This document shows positions 9,865 through 21,276 of a stretch of DNA of 64,000 bases, one piece after another. Below the pieces are notes generated by a model, which made no database searches, was not told the origin of the DNA, and saw only the letters and a program-made list of their open reading frames with translations. Position 1 is the first letter of the stretch. Each line of letters begins with the position of its first letter. This stretch comes from an uncultured Acidobacteriota bacterium. GTDB taxonomy: Bacteria; Acidobacteriota; Terriglobia; UBA7540. Made by a program: the position numbers and the translations under genes. The stretch spans positions 96,001 to 160,000 of the forward strand of contig CAWDSK010000009.1 in NCBI GenBank assembly GCA_963804995.1, written 5' to 3'.

Positions 9865-10932
9865 TCACTTCTTGCTACGAGCCGGGGCTGAGCCTTCCCC
9901 AGACGCTGCCGCGGCGGCTTGCTCCTGTTTCATGGGCAGGTTCAGAGCCTTGCGAACCTCGCCGTCCAATTTCTTGAAGATATCGACGTTGTCGCGCAAA
10001 AACTGCCGGGCGTTTTCCCGGCCCTGTCCTATGCGCTCACCGCCGTATGAAAACCACGCGCCGCTCTTTTCCAGAATGTTGCGCTCGGCGGCGATATCCA
10101 GCAGATCGCCCTCTTTGGATATCCCCTCGCCGTACAGGATATCAAACTCCGCCTCGCGAAAGGGAGCGGCCATTTTATTTTTGACGATTTTCACTTTAGT
10201 GCGGTTCCCCACCACGCGGTCGCCGTCCTTGATGGCGGCAATGCGGCGGATGTCCACGCGCACGGAGGAGTAGAACTTGAGCGCCCGGCCGCCTGTGGTG
10301 GTTTCGGGATTGCCGAACATCACTCCGATTTTTTCGCGAATCTGGTTGATGAAGATAAAGCAGGTTTTCGACCTGGCCACGATGGCGGTAAGCTTGCGCA
10401 GGGCTTGCGACATCAGACGCGCATGCAGGCCGGGAAGGGAATCGCCCATGTCGCCATCGAGTTCGGCTTTAGGGACGAGCGCCGCGACCGAATCCACCAC
10501 CAGCACGTCAACCGCGTTCGAGCGCACCAGCGACTCGGCGATTTCAAGCGCTTGCTCGCCGTAGTCGGGCTGCGAGACCAGGAGGTTATCGATGTCCACG
10601 CCCAGCTTTTTGGCGTAGGCAGCGTCCATGGCATGCTCAGCGTCAATGTAAGCCGCCATTCCGCCGCGCTTCTGCGCCTCAGCCACCACGTGCAAGGCGA
10701 TAGTGGTTTTGCCGCTCGACTCGGGGCCGAAGATTTCAACCACCCTGCCGCGCGGCATGCCGCCTACACCCAGTGCAGCGTCAAAGGAAATCGAGCCGGT
10801 GGGGATGATCTCCACAGGCACCAGGGCTTCCTTCGAGCCCAAGCGCATGATCGAGCCCTTGCCGAATTGCTTTTCGATCTGTATCAGGGCCAGATCAATG
10901 GCCTTGTTCTTCTCAGTTCGGTCTTCCGGCAT
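9865..10932 (-). CDS. recA: recombinase RecA
   Basis: [40 protein letters not shown]. Confidence 0.99.
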   Translation of the reverse strand: MPEDRTEKNKAIDLALIQIEKQFGKGSIMRLGSKEALVPVEIIPTGSISFDAALGVGGMPRGRVVEIFGPESSGKTTIALHVVAEAQKRGGMAAYIDAEHAMDAAYAKKLGVDIDNLLVSQPDYGEQALEIAESLVRSNAVDVLVVDSVAALVPKAELDGDMGDSLPGLHARLMSQALRKLTAIVARSKTCFIFINQIREKIGVMFGNPETTTGGRALKFYSSVRVDIRRIAAIKDGDRVVGNRTKVKIVKNKMAAPFREAEFDILYGEGISKEGDLLDIAAERNILEKSGAWFSYGGERIGQGRENARQFLRDNVDIFKKLDGEVRKALNLPMKQEQAAAAASGEGSAPARSKK

Positions 10933-11153
10933 TTAGAATTCTCCCTTCCAATTTCCTTAATGGACTGGCGTTGGTTTGTTTCCTCGCCTTGGGGAAGACT
11001 TCAGCCGCAATCTCCATGTGTCCACCTGTTACGGTTGGCTCGTCCCCCACATATATCCTTCGGCAGCCCAGCGGTGAATCATGAGAAAATCTTTATAAAG
11101 GGTCGTGTTGCCAGTCTCAACTCAGCCCTGGACCTGAGTCCGGGAGAAGTCCC

Positions 11154-11555
11154 TCACCCACCCTTTCGAGTACCCCCCACGCGGGCTTTTCGCAGAGGTG
11201 GCTTGATGATGCGACCCCGGGGCCCTGCTGTGCGTCGGGCTCTTTTCGTCAACGCCATCCGTGTTTCGAGCCAGCGCTTGAGCGATTGCGGGCTTTCACC
11301 CGAGGGCCGCCCCACAATCAGGCTATCAACACTGAGATCCTCATCGAGGTCGGGCCAGTGTATGCCTTCCCCGTCGGCAATCAACCGCCAGTTGTTCCGT
11401 TCCCCCGCCGTGCCGTTGAGCAAGCGGGGATACCACACCAAAGGCGCCGTAATGCTCCTGCCGTCAATGAGGTCAATGACCAGACTGTCCTCAGTTACAG
11501 CCACGCGCTGGGCCCTTGCTTCACGCACGGGGTTGTTCAAAGGTACCGTGGGCAT
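11154..11555 (-). CDS. DUF2442-family protein (orphan TA component)
   Basis: DGRSITAPLVWYPRL, GIHWPDLDEDLSV. Confidence 0.85.
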   Translation of the reverse strand: MPTVPLNNPVREARAQRVAVTEDSLVIDLIDGRSITAPLVWYPRLLNGTAGERNNWRLIADGEGIHWPDLDEDLSVDSLIVGRPSGESPQSLKRWLETRMALTKRARRTAGPRGRIIKPPLRKARVGGTRKGG

Positions 11556-11618
11556 AAGTGGATGAATCGCCGCTTAGACTTCGCCCCCCCATTCAGCCAA
11601 GATCATCATACCTTACAC

Positions 11619-12476
11619 CTAGCTGCGCGGATACTCGTAAAACCCGCGTCCGGTCTTGCACCCCAGCCACCCGGCGGCGACCATCTTTTCGAGCAGCGGG
11701 CAGGGGCGATACTTGGGGTCACGCAGGCTTCCGTAGAGGACCATCATGATATCCAGGCAAACGTCCAGGCCGATCAGGTCAGCGAGTTCGAGCGGCCCCA
11801 TGGGATGGTTCATGCCCAGCTTCATCACGTTGTCGACGCCCGCGGCATCAGCCACACCTTCCATCAGGCAGAAAATCGCCTCGTTGATCATGGGCATCAG
11901 CACGCGGTTCGAAACGAATCCGGGAAAGTCGTTCACGCGGACTGCGGTCTTACCTGCCGACTCGGCAAGCCGGATGGCTCGCTCAACGGTTTCTTCCGCG
12001 GTCTGGAGGCCCGGCACGACTTCCACCAGCTTCATCACCGGCACGGGATTGAAAAAGTGCAGGCCGACGAATTTTGTGGGGCGTTGGGTCGAAGCCGCCA
12101 GGCGCGTGATGGAAATTGAAGATGTGTTTGAGGCAAAGATCGTTTCCGGACGGCAGTGCGGCTCGAGCGAGTGGAAGACGCCAGCCTTTGCTTCAAACTT
12201 CTCCGTCACCGCCTCGATGATGAAGTCAGCCTCAGCAAGCTCCGCAACCACGGTAGTGGCTTTCAGGCGATTGACCGCCTGCTGGCGCTGTTCTTCCGTC
12301 AGGCGTTCTTTTTCCACATCACGCGCCAGGCCCTTGGCAATCCGTTTCGCGCCGGCTTCAACGAAGTCCTGGGATATGTCCAGCAACACCACGCGATGCC
12401 CCGCGCGAAGCATGACGTGTGCAATGCCATGGCCCATCTGGCCAGCGCCGACCACGCCAATCGTGGAGGTTTCCAT
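11619..12476 (-). CDS. hbd: 3-hydroxybutyryl/3-hydroxyacyl-CoA dehydrogenase
   Basis: GAGQMG, SNTSS, HFFNP, PMGPLELADLIGLD. Confidence 0.93.
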   Translation of the reverse strand: METSTIGVVGAGQMGHGIAHVMLRAGHRVVLLDISQDFVEAGAKRIAKGLARDVEKERLTEEQRQQAVNRLKATTVVAELAEADFIIEAVTEKFEAKAGVFHSLEPHCRPETIFASNTSSISITRLAASTQRPTKFVGLHFFNPVPVMKLVEVVPGLQTAEETVERAIRLAESAGKTAVRVNDFPGFVSNRVLMPMINEAIFCLMEGVADAAGVDNVMKLGMNHPMGPLELADLIGLDVCLDIMMVLYGSLRDPKYRPCPLLEKMVAAGWLGCKTGRGFYEYPRS

Positions 12477-12798
12477 GTCAATCTCCGCACTTGAGACTTG
12501 GAAAAGCTCTAAGCTCAATCAACTTGCCCGAAACTCGAAATTGGAAAATCGAAACTCAACCGGAGCTTCCAGGGTGAGTTTCGAGGGTGGCGCATACATT
12601 GCTTTGGATGTATGCGTCCCATCCACTGACACTGCCTCACAGCCTCTAAGCCCACCCCGGTTGCAGCTTTGGTTGAGCGCGTACATGAACGGCAATGTAT
12701 GCGCCACCCGCGAAGGAAGAACCCACGGACAGAAAAGCACTGTCCGTGGCTACCCGCTTTGTCGCCCTCCGGGCCGATATTATGCGGGTGTAGCACAA

Positions 12799-12827
12799 TT
12801 GACATCAAGCCCACGAGCTTCTAAACT
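12799..12827 (+). promoter_or_regulatory. sigma70 promoter, leaderless TA transcript
   Basis: TTGACA-N17-TAAACT, ATG 7 nt downstream, no Shine-Dalgarno. Confidence 0.75.
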
Positions 12828-12834
12828 GGCAAGC

Positions 12835-13059
12835 ATGGAAGTTAACTTTACTCCCCATACCGAAGCGCAGCTCAAGGAATTTGCTGCCCGCAAAGGCAAG
12901 GACGCCGCGCAGGTGGTGGAAGAGGCGGTCAGCAACATGCTCGAACGGCAGGCCCGCTTCGTGGAAGGCGTACAGCGCGGCATCGCATCCGCCGATCGCG
13001 GCGACCTGATCGATCACGAGGAAGTCGTCAGCCGCATTGACCGGCTCTTCGAATCGTGA
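12835..13059 (+). CDS. ParD-like antitoxin
   Basis: MEVNFTPHTEAQL..GIASADRGDLIDHEEV; GTGA overlap with toxin. Confidence 0.8.
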   Translation: MEVNFTPHTEAQLKEFAARKGKDAAQVVEEAVSNMLERQARFVEGVQRGIASADRGDLIDHEEVVSRIDRLFES

Positions 13060-13331
13060 CCCGCATCCGGTGGACAACCGAAGCCGCCGACCAGCTTGAA
13101 GGCATCGTTAAGCACATCCTAGAGGACAACCACCAGGCCGCCCGTAAGGTTGCCCGGGCGATTCTTGACCGTATCGGGGACCTGAAGCATTTCCCCCGCC
13201 TTGGCCGCCCCGGCGAGGAAGTCGAAGGAACCCGCGAACTGCACAGCCCGCCTTACGTTATCGTTTACCGTCTCAAGAATGACGTTGCCGAGATCCTCTA
13301 CATCTGGCATGGCGCGCAGGATTGGCGCTAA
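13056..13331 (+). CDS. RelE/ParE-family toxin
   Basis: IRWTTEAADQL, PRLGRPG, GTREL, PYVIVYR, IWHGAQDW. Confidence 0.9.
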   Translation: MTRIRWTTEAADQLEGIVKHILEDNHQAARKVARAILDRIGDLKHFPRLGRPGEEVEGTRELHSPPYVIVYRLKNDVAEILYIWHGAQDWR

Positions 13332-13374
13332 CGAAAAGGCGCGGACCTTGCGAACAGGTTCGCGCTACACCTGC

Positions 13375-14102
13375 TCATTTGAGCGGGCGCAGGAACTTCG
13401 AAGCTAGCTCGGTGAACTTGAGAGCAACCCACCTGGGGGGGATCGCTGGATGGCTACGTGCCCATCAAAATTACCGAATACCCGCTGCATCCTTTTGGAC
13501 AGGACGTATATTGGGCGCCCAATGCGGTCCTGTCCAATGGAACTAATCTTCACTGCCTTCTTCAAGAGGCGGCTCCCCTTTCCACCCTTTACCAAGACAA
13601 GAAACTCTCTCTGGTCTTTGAAGACCTCTCTATGCTTGACGTGGAAATTATTGCGGAATAATCGGCTTAATTCGACGCCGGTGAATGACGTTGCCAAACC
13701 TGCATGGGTCACAACGAAATAACCGATGATATAAAGTGCGGGTTTGCACTCAAAGCCCCATCCCTTGAGCCCTGCGTAGAAGACGAGAAGGCTCCCCGCA
13801 GCAAGTCTCTCCAATGACACTTTGGGAATTGTGGGATCGCCATATGTGAACGTCTCGAACTCAGGATCAACGTGAATGGACTGGCCATGCATGGCTTCTC
13901 GTCGCCGTTCGGGAAAGTATTCGATCAATCTTGACCCATGCCTTCCGTATGTGTTTCCGTAAGTCCTCTTGTCGATTCCGCGACCTCGGGAATTATCGGG
14001 AATTGGAATGTACTCGAACGAACCATCTTTGAATCTGGGTCCGACGATTCCCCCAGACCCAGACCCTGTATCAATGCCAACTCTCAGCAAGACTACTCGC
14101 AT
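13375..14102 (-). CDS. Nmad3-like (nucleotide modification associated domain 3) protein; one C probably missing near 13435-13441
   Basis: LLRVGIDTG, DGSFEYIPIP, HVDPEFETFTYGD, LVFYAGL, LYIIGYF; adding one C gives the C-terminus SPPRWVALKFTELASKFLRPLK*. Confidence 0.75.
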
Positions 14103-14692
14103 CGTTTAGCTTGACTCCTTTCCGCTTTGATGGGGAGCTCCCCCTTAAGTTTCTCAACCGCGATGCGACATCGATCCAGAATGTTTTCCTTGCCCTCGAA
14201 GTGTTCCAGAATCTGCTTTGTCTTTCCCAGGCTGAGCTTCTTTTGCATCTGCCGCGGGTTGTTATCGTAACGCGACTTCCCAAGAGGCCACGCATCGTTA
14301 AATGAAAACATTTTGAGGGGGCCGATTGCTGCGTAAAATCCCCCGGGTCGCAATTCATGTCGCTTTTTCTTGATAAGGCCAACAACGTACACCTTTCCCA
14401 AGTGTTTCGAACCCTTACACCTGCACGTGGTGAAGAGAAACAGATACTTTTCCTTGCTCTTCAGGAATCCCCGGATATTCTCCTGATTGCACTCGCCGCA
14501 GTAGTTTTCGGCGCACTTCTCAATGTAGGGTTCGGTTTTGTATCCATGCTTTTGTTTATTTAGCACGTCGCGCACTGGGAGTTTCGAAGACGGCGAGTGA
14601 TAGAAGAAATGGAGACGGCCCTTCTCATCGAGATCGGAGAAGTTTGGACAAAGCGGACTAGCCTTTCGAATTTGCGTTTGGCCGCATGTCAT
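14093..14692 (-). CDS. hypothetical protein coupled to the Nmad3 gene
   Basis: 199 aa, Lys/Cys-rich, AT-richer; 10-nt overlap with Nmad3 start. Confidence 0.7.
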   Translation of the reverse strand: MTCGQTQIRKASPLCPNFSDLDEKGRLHFFYHSPSSKLPVRDVLNKQKHGYKTEPYIEKCAENYCGECNQENIRGFLKSKEKYLFLFTTCRCKGSKHLGKVYVVGLIKKKRHELRPGGFYAAIGPLKMFSFNDAWPLGKSRYDNNPRQMQKKLSLGKTKQILEHFEGKENILDRCRIAVEKLKGELPIKAERSQAKRCE

Positions 14693-14729
14693 TGCGCTGC
14701 TCCATCATGGCGATGGCCGGGACAGAGAA

Positions 14730-15056
14730 TTAACCCTCCAAGGCCCGTTGTACCCCTTCCGGGCTGCGAGCGATGACGGTAAGATAGGCTTGCGTTGGCT
14801 GATCGGGCGTGGCACGCCCCTGTTCCCAATCGCGGAGTGTGCCAAGAGGAATACGATAGCGGGCGGAAAATTCCTCCTGGGTCAAACCCAGAGCGCGGCG
14901 AATAATCTTGATCCGTGGCGTTCGCTTCATGCGCTTGAGATCGGCTGCGGTGAGGGGCATGGCATCAGGATCAGCCAATGCCGCGCGTTCAACAGCGCTT
15001 GGCGTCATCGGTTGAATTCCCTCGCGGTTCTTGCTGGAAGTACGCTTCGTGCTCAT
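14730..15056 (-). CDS. XRE/HTH antitoxin
   Basis: RRALGLTQEEFSARYRIPLGTLRDWEQGR. Confidence 0.88.
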   Translation of the reverse strand: MSTKRTSSKNREGIQPMTPSAVERAALADPDAMPLTAADLKRMKRTPRIKIIRRALGLTQEEFSARYRIPLGTLRDWEQGRATPDQPTQAYLTVIARSPEGVQRALEG

Positions 15057-15303
15057 GTTTTGTCGCCCTCCGGGCCGATATCATTCGGACAATCTCGTTT
15101 CGCTCGGTATAGACCACATAAAGAAGGTGGCCGTCCACCATGCCTATAATAACGAATCGCTCTTCGCCGTAATCTTGGCGGTCGTCGAGAAACTCGATGG
15201 CAAACACGTCATTAAACACCCCTTTGGCCAAGTCGAAGCTGACGCCGTGCTTGGCGTAATTATTTCTTGCTTTCGCTTTATCCCATCCAAATTTCAGATT
15301 CAT
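14989..15303 (-). CDS. BrnT-family toxin
   Basis: FGWDKAKA..NYAKHGVSF, YGEERF, RMISARRAT; promoter TTGACT-N17-TACACT at 15332-15304. Confidence 0.9.
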   Translation of the reverse strand: MNLKFGWDKAKARNNYAKHGVSFDLAKGVFNDVFAIEFLDDRQDYGEERFVIIGMVDGHLLYVVYTERNEIVRMISARRATKHEHEAYFQQEPRGNSTDDAKRC

Positions 15304-15373
15304 AGTGTACGGGATTTCAGTACTTCAGTCAAGGGGCGATTGTCGCTGTACGCTCCTGAAGACTTGATGCATC

Positions 15374-16554
15374 CTACACATGTTCAACCGCCAGCGCCAC
15401 GGCGTTACCGCCGCCGAGGCACAGGGCGGCCACGCCTCGCTGGGCGTTGCGCCGGGCCATTTCGTAAAGCAGCGTCACCAGGACGCGCGCGCCGGAGGCG
15501 CCGATCGGGTGGCCCAGCGCCACAGCGCCGCCGTTCACGTTGGTCTTCGCTGGGTCGAGTCCCAATTCTTGTATCACCGCGATGGCCTGGACGGAGAAAG
15601 CCTCGTTCAATTCGAACAGGTCCACGTCCTCGGTCTTCCAATCCAGCTTCTTGAGCAGCATGCGCACAGCGTCGACCGGCGCCATCATCACCCACTTGGG
15701 CTCAACGCCGCTTACCGCCTGTCCCGCGACCCGCGCCAGGGGCGTCTTCCCCAATTCGCGAGCTTTTTCTGCCAACGTCACCACCAGCGCCGCGGCACCG
15801 TCATTCGTCCCGGAGCATTCCCGGCCGTGACCGTGCCGTCCGGCTTGAAAGCAGGCCGCAACTTCGCGAGCGCTTCAAGGGACGTATCCGCGCGCGGCGA
15901 TTCATCCGTGGCGAATTGGATAGGATCACCCTTCTTTTGCTTGACGGAGATGGGCACGATCTCGTCTTGGAACCGGCCGTTCTTGATTGCGTCGATAGCG
16001 CGGCGGTGGCTCTCCACGGCAAACGCATCCTGGCGCTGGCGGGTGATGCCGTATTTTTCCGCCACCAACTCACCCGTCATACCCATGTGGAAGTCCTCAT
16101 AGGCATCCCACAGGCCGTCGGTGATCATGGAGTCGAGCACTTTGCCGTGCCCAATCCGCATCCCGGCGCGGGCCTGGGGCAGCAGGTAGGGGCAGTTGGT
16201 CATCGATTCCATGCCGCCTGCCACCACGATTTCAGAATTGTTGGTTTCGATCGCCTGCGCGGCCAGCCCGACAGCCTTCAGACCCGAGCCGCAGACTTTG
16301 TTGATGGTCATGGCGGCGACATGGTTCGCGAGGCCACCTTTCAAACCCGCCTGCCGCGCGGGATTCTGCCCGAGCCCCGCCGAGACCACGTTACCCATGA
16401 TAATTTCGTCGACAAGCGCGGGCTCGATTCCCGCCCGGCGCACCACTTCGCGGACGGCGAACGCGCCCAAATCCACTGCGGAGAAAGGAGTAAGCGCACC
16501 CTGGAATTTTCCGATAGGCGTGCGGCAAGCTGAGATGATGACAGGTTCCTTCAT
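15374..16554 (-). CDS. acetyl-CoA C-acetyltransferase (thiolase); split by 1-nt frameshift near 15810
   Basis: [24 protein letters not shown]; one extra G restores [12 protein letters not shown]. Confidence 0.9.
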
Positions 16555-16569
16555 AGGGCGCCCCATTCT

Positions 16570-16983
16570 CTAAATCAGTTGAAGGTCGGGAAAATCCTTG
16601 GCGAACCGACCTGGATCGAGCGTGAACAAGCGGTCGGCGCAAAGGTGGGCATGCGCGCCGATAACAAAATCGGCCAAAAATCGCTTGGCATCACCACCGC
16701 CCGATTTCCGTCTGCGCCGTGCATAGCTGGCATATCTCTGGGCCGTTTCGCGCCATACCGCCTCGTCAAGTAGAAAATCCACCTCCACCCGCGTGTTGGC
16801 GAGGAAATGATCCATAAGGTGCTGCGTAGCCTTTGGGTGTGCCATAAGTTCAACATAAACGGGTGCAGAAATGACTAAGGCACCTTCGTTCGCCACGCGC
16901 CCAAGCAAGCTGGCCGCCTCCGCTGCAGGAGGATCGCCTGACCAGATGATGGAAATGACGTTCGTGTCTATGGCGGTTCTCAC
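16570..16983 (-). CDS. vapC: VapC/PIN toxin
   Basis: IDTNV, VYVEL, ADFVIGAHA, FTLD. Confidence 0.88.
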   Translation of the reverse strand: MRTAIDTNVISIIWSGDPPAAEAASLLGRVANEGALVISAPVYVELMAHPKATQHLMDHFLANTRVEVDFLLDEAVWRETAQRYASYARRRRKSGGGDAKRFLADFVIGAHAHLCADRLFTLDPGRFAKDFPDLQLI

Positions 16984-17252
16984 TGTCCCGATGACTCCTC
17001 ATCATCTCGCATGCTGCGTACCCAGGCGTTGATTCCTTCCAATCCACCAGGGAACGGCCCTAGAACTCCTATATACTTTTCAAATGGATTCCCGGCAGCT
17101 CGAGCCGGTCGAATGACAGTTTCTTTGCCGCGGACGACGAACTCCACTCGGTCACCCACCCTCAAACCCAACCGAGTTCGAATCCTCTTCGGGACCGTGA
17201 CCTGCCCTTTGGTGCTGATGACACTGGAATCTGCCATTTCCTTACCCTCCAT
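16980..17252 (-). CDS. AbrB/MazE-family antitoxin
   Basis: ISTKGQVTVPKRIRTRLGLRVGDRVEF; promoter TTGACC-N17-TATCCT (17291-17263) with operator-like IR CCTTACC/GGTAAGG (17240-17265). Confidence 0.88.
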   Translation of the reverse strand: MEGKEMADSSVISTKGQVTVPKRIRTRLGLRVGDRVEFVVRGKETVIRPARAAGNPFEKYIGVLGPFPGGLEGINAWVRSMRDDEESSGQ

Positions 17253-17692
17253 CCCTACGGTAAGGATATCAATCCCTACCAGTCAGGTCAAACCTTTCGC
17301 CGGGAGAGCCGGTCGCGCCTTCCCACGAGAGGTAATTGTTAGCCACCGAAGGTGTAATGGAATCGTCGTAGGGGCACCCCTCGTGGGCATAGGCGTTAAC
17401 CTAACTCTCAGAAATGCTGATAGCGCGCAGGTTGGCGCAGAGCGAGCCCAGCTCTGCGATTCACGTCATCAGCCCGCACTAGAATCGCAGGGCTGCGCTC
17501 GCCCTGCGCCAGCCGGCCCAGTCCCCCAGTCCCTAGCACCCAGCCCCTAGCCCCCAATCCCCAGCCCCGGTTTTTGGTGGCCTGATTTGGAAGGGCCGGG
17601 TAGAATGAAGCTCACCTGCTCAATGCGCAAAATCTCGGCGGGAAGACAGCAGTGGGAATCCAGTGGTAGCCCCGTAGTGGGAGGAGGATGGC

Positions 17693-18232
17693 TTGAAACC
17701 AGCAGCTATGCAGCAGAAACTTGTTCTAATCGCAGTCGTGGCCCTAGTGGCAACTCTGCAGATTTCGGCGTTCGCCCAAGAGGACGCATCAAAAGGCACA
17801 ACTAGAGCCATTGCTCCAGCGAAGCCCGGTTCCACACCCACCAAGACCGCCAGCAGGCCGTTTCCCAAGCTTTGGCAATCTACTTCGTCTCATCATGACT
17901 TCCGCGTGGACGTCACCAATGATGTATTTCACGCCGTGTGGGTGAACATTCCTCCCGCCGCAGCCAAGCAGGGATCCTATATTCGCACGGAGTGCAATCG
18001 GACGGGATCGAAGTGGGTGGGCTTCTCGAACATCAATATGCTGTTTGGCATTCCTGGCGCTCCCCCCGGCAAAGACACCAAGGTTTGCAATTTCAGGGTC
18101 CGATTCGAAGTGGATTCGATATCTCCGGAAAAAATCACGGGGCATTCCGAGGCGTTGCAGGATTTCGATGTGAACGCCTGCCAGGTGCGGAAGGCGAATA
18201 TGGCAGCCTTCACCTGGATGCCGAAGAAGTGA
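17693..18232 (+). CDS. secreted hypothetical protein
   Basis: signal peptide ending ..ISAFA-Q, GGAGG RBS. Confidence 0.65.
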   Translation: MKPAAMQQKLVLIAVVALVATLQISAFAQEDASKGTTRAIAPAKPGSTPTKTASRPFPKLWQSTSSHHDFRVDVTNDVFHAVWVNIPPAAAKQGSYIRTECNRTGSKWVGFSNINMLFGIPGAPPGKDTKVCNFRVRFEVDSISPEKITGHSEALQDFDVNACQVRKANMAAFTWMPKK

Positions 18233-18479
18233 AAAGTGCGCCCGCCGGCCGAGCCCACAGGGTAGCACAGGCACTCCTGCCTCTGCCTGCGGCGCGATAT
18301 TCGAGCCTAACCAACACAGCCAGGAGTGGGGAAGTGCCAAGTTGGCATAATTTCGCGGAATAGAAATTGAACTGATAGCCCTCTCCGAGGGGAGAGGGTG
18401 GACCGCCGCCGGCGTTTTCATCAGCCGGGGCGGGACGGGTGAGGGGTCACTTCGTAGCCGATGCATGTGCTCCGAATGT

Positions 18480-19463
18480 TTACCCTTTCGCCTTCTTGAT
18501 TTCCTCGAACGAGGGGGGGAATGATTTCGAAGAGGTCGCCGACGATTCCGTAGGTCGCGACTTCGAAGATGGGCGCTTCCTTGTCTTTATTGATTGCCAC
18601 CACCGTGCTCAACCCCTTCATGCCCACCATGTGCTGAATCGCGCCGGAGATTCCCAGCGCCACGTATAGCTTGGGCGCCACGGTTTGCCCGGAGCTGCCG
18701 ATTTGCCGATCCATGGGCAGCCAACCGTTGTCACAGATGGGGCGAGACGCTCCAGCTCCGCTCCCAGCGCGTCGGCGAGTTTCTTCGCGAGGTCGATATT
18801 CTCCGGAGCCTTGATGCCCCGGCCCACGGCGACAATGATTTCCGCCTGGGTCAAATCCACGGCTTGCTTGGCTTCGCGGAAACGCTCGCCGGGTTTGGCG
18901 CGAATCGCGTCAGCGGCAAGTTCAACCGCCACGGGCGTGACCGTAGCCGGGCCCGGGCCACGCTGGACGGCATCTTCGCGAAACGCCGCGGCCTGGAAGC
19001 TGACGAGGTAAGGCGCTTCGCCGGCGAATTCAATGTCCGCACAATACTTACCCTGGAAAACTTGGCGTACGAAGATGAGCTTCCCGTCTTCGTTCCGATA
19101 GCCCAGGCAGTCGCTCACCAGGCCGCGGTCAAGCGACACCGCCAGCTTGGGAGCGAAGTCGCGGACCTGGTAAGTGTGACTGAAAACCACAAAGCGCGGT
19201 TTCTGCTGCTCAATCACGGCGCGCAAGGCGAGCGCATAGCCGTCCGCCGTGTACTGGGCGAGATATGGGGAATCGACGGTCAGGACTTCCGCGACCGCGT
19301 CGAGTTCCGACGCGAGCGACGCGAGGTTGCTGCCCAGGAGGACGGCCGTAACCGTCGTTCCCAGATCCTGCGCCAAGCGCTGACCGGCCGCCAGCGCTTC
19401 CCAAGTCGGACGGGTTAGTTTGCCGTCCTGGTGTTCTGCGAAAACTAGAATGTGATGTGCCAT
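18480..19463 (-). CDS. etfA: electron transfer flavoprotein alpha subunit; two 1-nt frameshifts
   Basis: [33 protein letters not shown]; breaks near 18750 and 18510. Confidence 0.9.
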
Positions 19464-19609
19464 AGTATGGGGTACAGGGTTGAGGGGTCGGGTTCCAGGC
19501 TGTTAGGGTCAGGTTAAAGGTTTTCCCTAACACCTTAAGCACCTGATACCCGACCTTCGTGCGCGACTCTTCGATCCAAAATCGCAAATCCAAAATCTAA
19601 AATCAGACC

Positions 19610-20051
19610 TTACTCCCCTTCAGGGGTCGGGCCCCGCATTTCGGCGGGAGCAGATTCCGTCGTCTCGGGTTCCTCTGCCTTGACCGCTGCGGCTTTCACT
19701 GCCCTCTTCGGCCGGGCGGCCCGCTTGGGTTTTTCCGCAGGCAGGGTGAAGGATCCAAGTTCCTCGCACACGAGCCTCGAGCGGAATGGATTTATTGAAC
19801 TTCCCGGCCTCGAATTTCTTGATTTGATCGCGCCAGATCGGGTTAGCACGCGCTTGTTCGAGCGATTTGTGATCCTTCCAGAACACCAGCCACAGGTATT
19901 CCGGCCGGCGCACTTCGTGGACGCGAATGAAGTGCGCTCCCAGGCACCCATTGATTTTGTTGAGTGAGGGCAGGGTCACCTGACGCCCAAATTTTTCGTA
20001 ATCAGCGATACGCTTCTTGCGGGCCCGCATTCTCCAAATGTGAACAAACAT
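19610..20051 (-). CDS. ABM-like (dimeric alpha-beta barrel) protein with low-complexity tail; frameshift near 19775
   Basis: MFVHIWR..GCLGAHF..YLWLVFWKDHKSLE; removing one G joins PLE to LVCEELG. Confidence 0.55.
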
Positions 20052-20120
20052 GGTGAACCTCCTTTTGCGATAGGGCCGAACGGCTTCCGGCCCCGGGGCG
20101 AGCGCCGCTCGCCCCTACGG

Positions 20121-20900
20121 TTAAATTACCCGCGCGTCGTTTTTGAGCTTGTCGACGAGGCGGGCCGCGATTTCCTTGGGGCTGCCAGCCAGGTACTCCG
20201 TGTGCGCAGCCTTCGCGGGAACATAAACCTTGGCGATGCGCTGGCGGGGGGCCAAGTCCTCCGCCGTCAGGCCGAGATCGGCCGCCGTCAGCTTCTTCAC
20301 GGGTTTCGACTTTGCCCCCATGATGCCTTTGAGCGTCGCATAGCGCGGCTTGTTGATACCGGACTGAATGGTGAGCACGGCGGGCATGGGCAGGCCAATC
20401 CACTGGAACCATCCGCCTTCGAGCTCGCGCTTCACCCGCAGCGCTCAACCCTCGGCTTGAATCTCCATGATGATGGTAGAGTGCGGCAGGCCAAGGAATT
20501 CCGCCAGCACCACGCCCGTCTGGGCGAAGCCAAAATCGTCGGACTGCAGGCCGGTCAGGATAATGTCGGGCTTCTCTTTATCAATGGCCTTCGCGAGCGC
20601 GCGGGCGATGCCAAATGCGTCGAGCGCGGCAAATGCGGGATCGTCAAGATGCAGCGCGCGGTCGGCGCCCTTGGCCAGACCTTCCTTGATCGCCTGCTGG
20701 GCGCGCGCCGGACCAAGCGTGGCCAGCACCACTTCGCCGCCATGCTTTTCCTTCAGGCGCAAACCTTCTTCGAGCGCAAAGATATCCGGCTCGTTGACTT
20801 CGAAACCAAGATCGCTTTCCTGCACCCAGGTGGCGGTGGCATTAAGGCGCAAAAGGGAGTCGCGGGCAGGAACTTGCTTGATGCATACGACAATTTTCAC
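20121..20900 (-). CDS. etfB: electron transfer flavoprotein beta subunit; in-frame TGA at 20445-20447
   Basis: VKIVVCIKQVP, GADRA, GLQSDD, INKPRYATLKGIM; both ORF halves are in the same frame. Confidence 0.9.
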
Positions 20901-20966
20901 GGCCGGTGATTTCTCCTGAGAAGTCGACTTTGCCCCGCAGTCGAGGAATCGGCTGCGGAGTGTGTG

Positions 20967-20984
20967 ATTATATGCGAATTCGCA
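20967..20984 (-). promoter_or_regulatory. etf operon -10 box with adjacent palindrome
   Basis: TATAAT preceded by perfect 12-bp palindrome TGCGAATTCGCA. Confidence 0.45.
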
Positions 20985-21276
20985 AAGTAACGCACAACCT
21001 TGGAGCGTGAGCTTGACAACCCGTGAATAGCGAAGACAGGGGTTTATGAGGCCAGATAGGGGGTGGTTTGGGGAGACATTCCCCCGCACACCCGAGGCGA
21101 TTTGCTGGGACAGTCTGCGTGCACCCGAGGTGGCTTGCTGGGACAGTTGTCCCACTTGTTGGGCTACGCGGGGCTACGCGGCCCTTGTCCCACCAAAAAT
21201 CCAGGGTCCGCCTGCCGAAATTCCTAGCGGGCGGACCCTGCAAATTTTACACAGTGCGGACGTCAATCCAAATCAG

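Noticed and set aside
10933..11150. LexA box upstream of recA
   Set aside because: No GTTC-N7-GTTC or CTGT-N8-ACAG match found by eye.
20445..20447. Selenocysteine or stop-codon recoding in etfB
   Set aside because: The position is not a catalytic Cys, TGA terminates many genes here, and the CGAC>CAAC change explains it.
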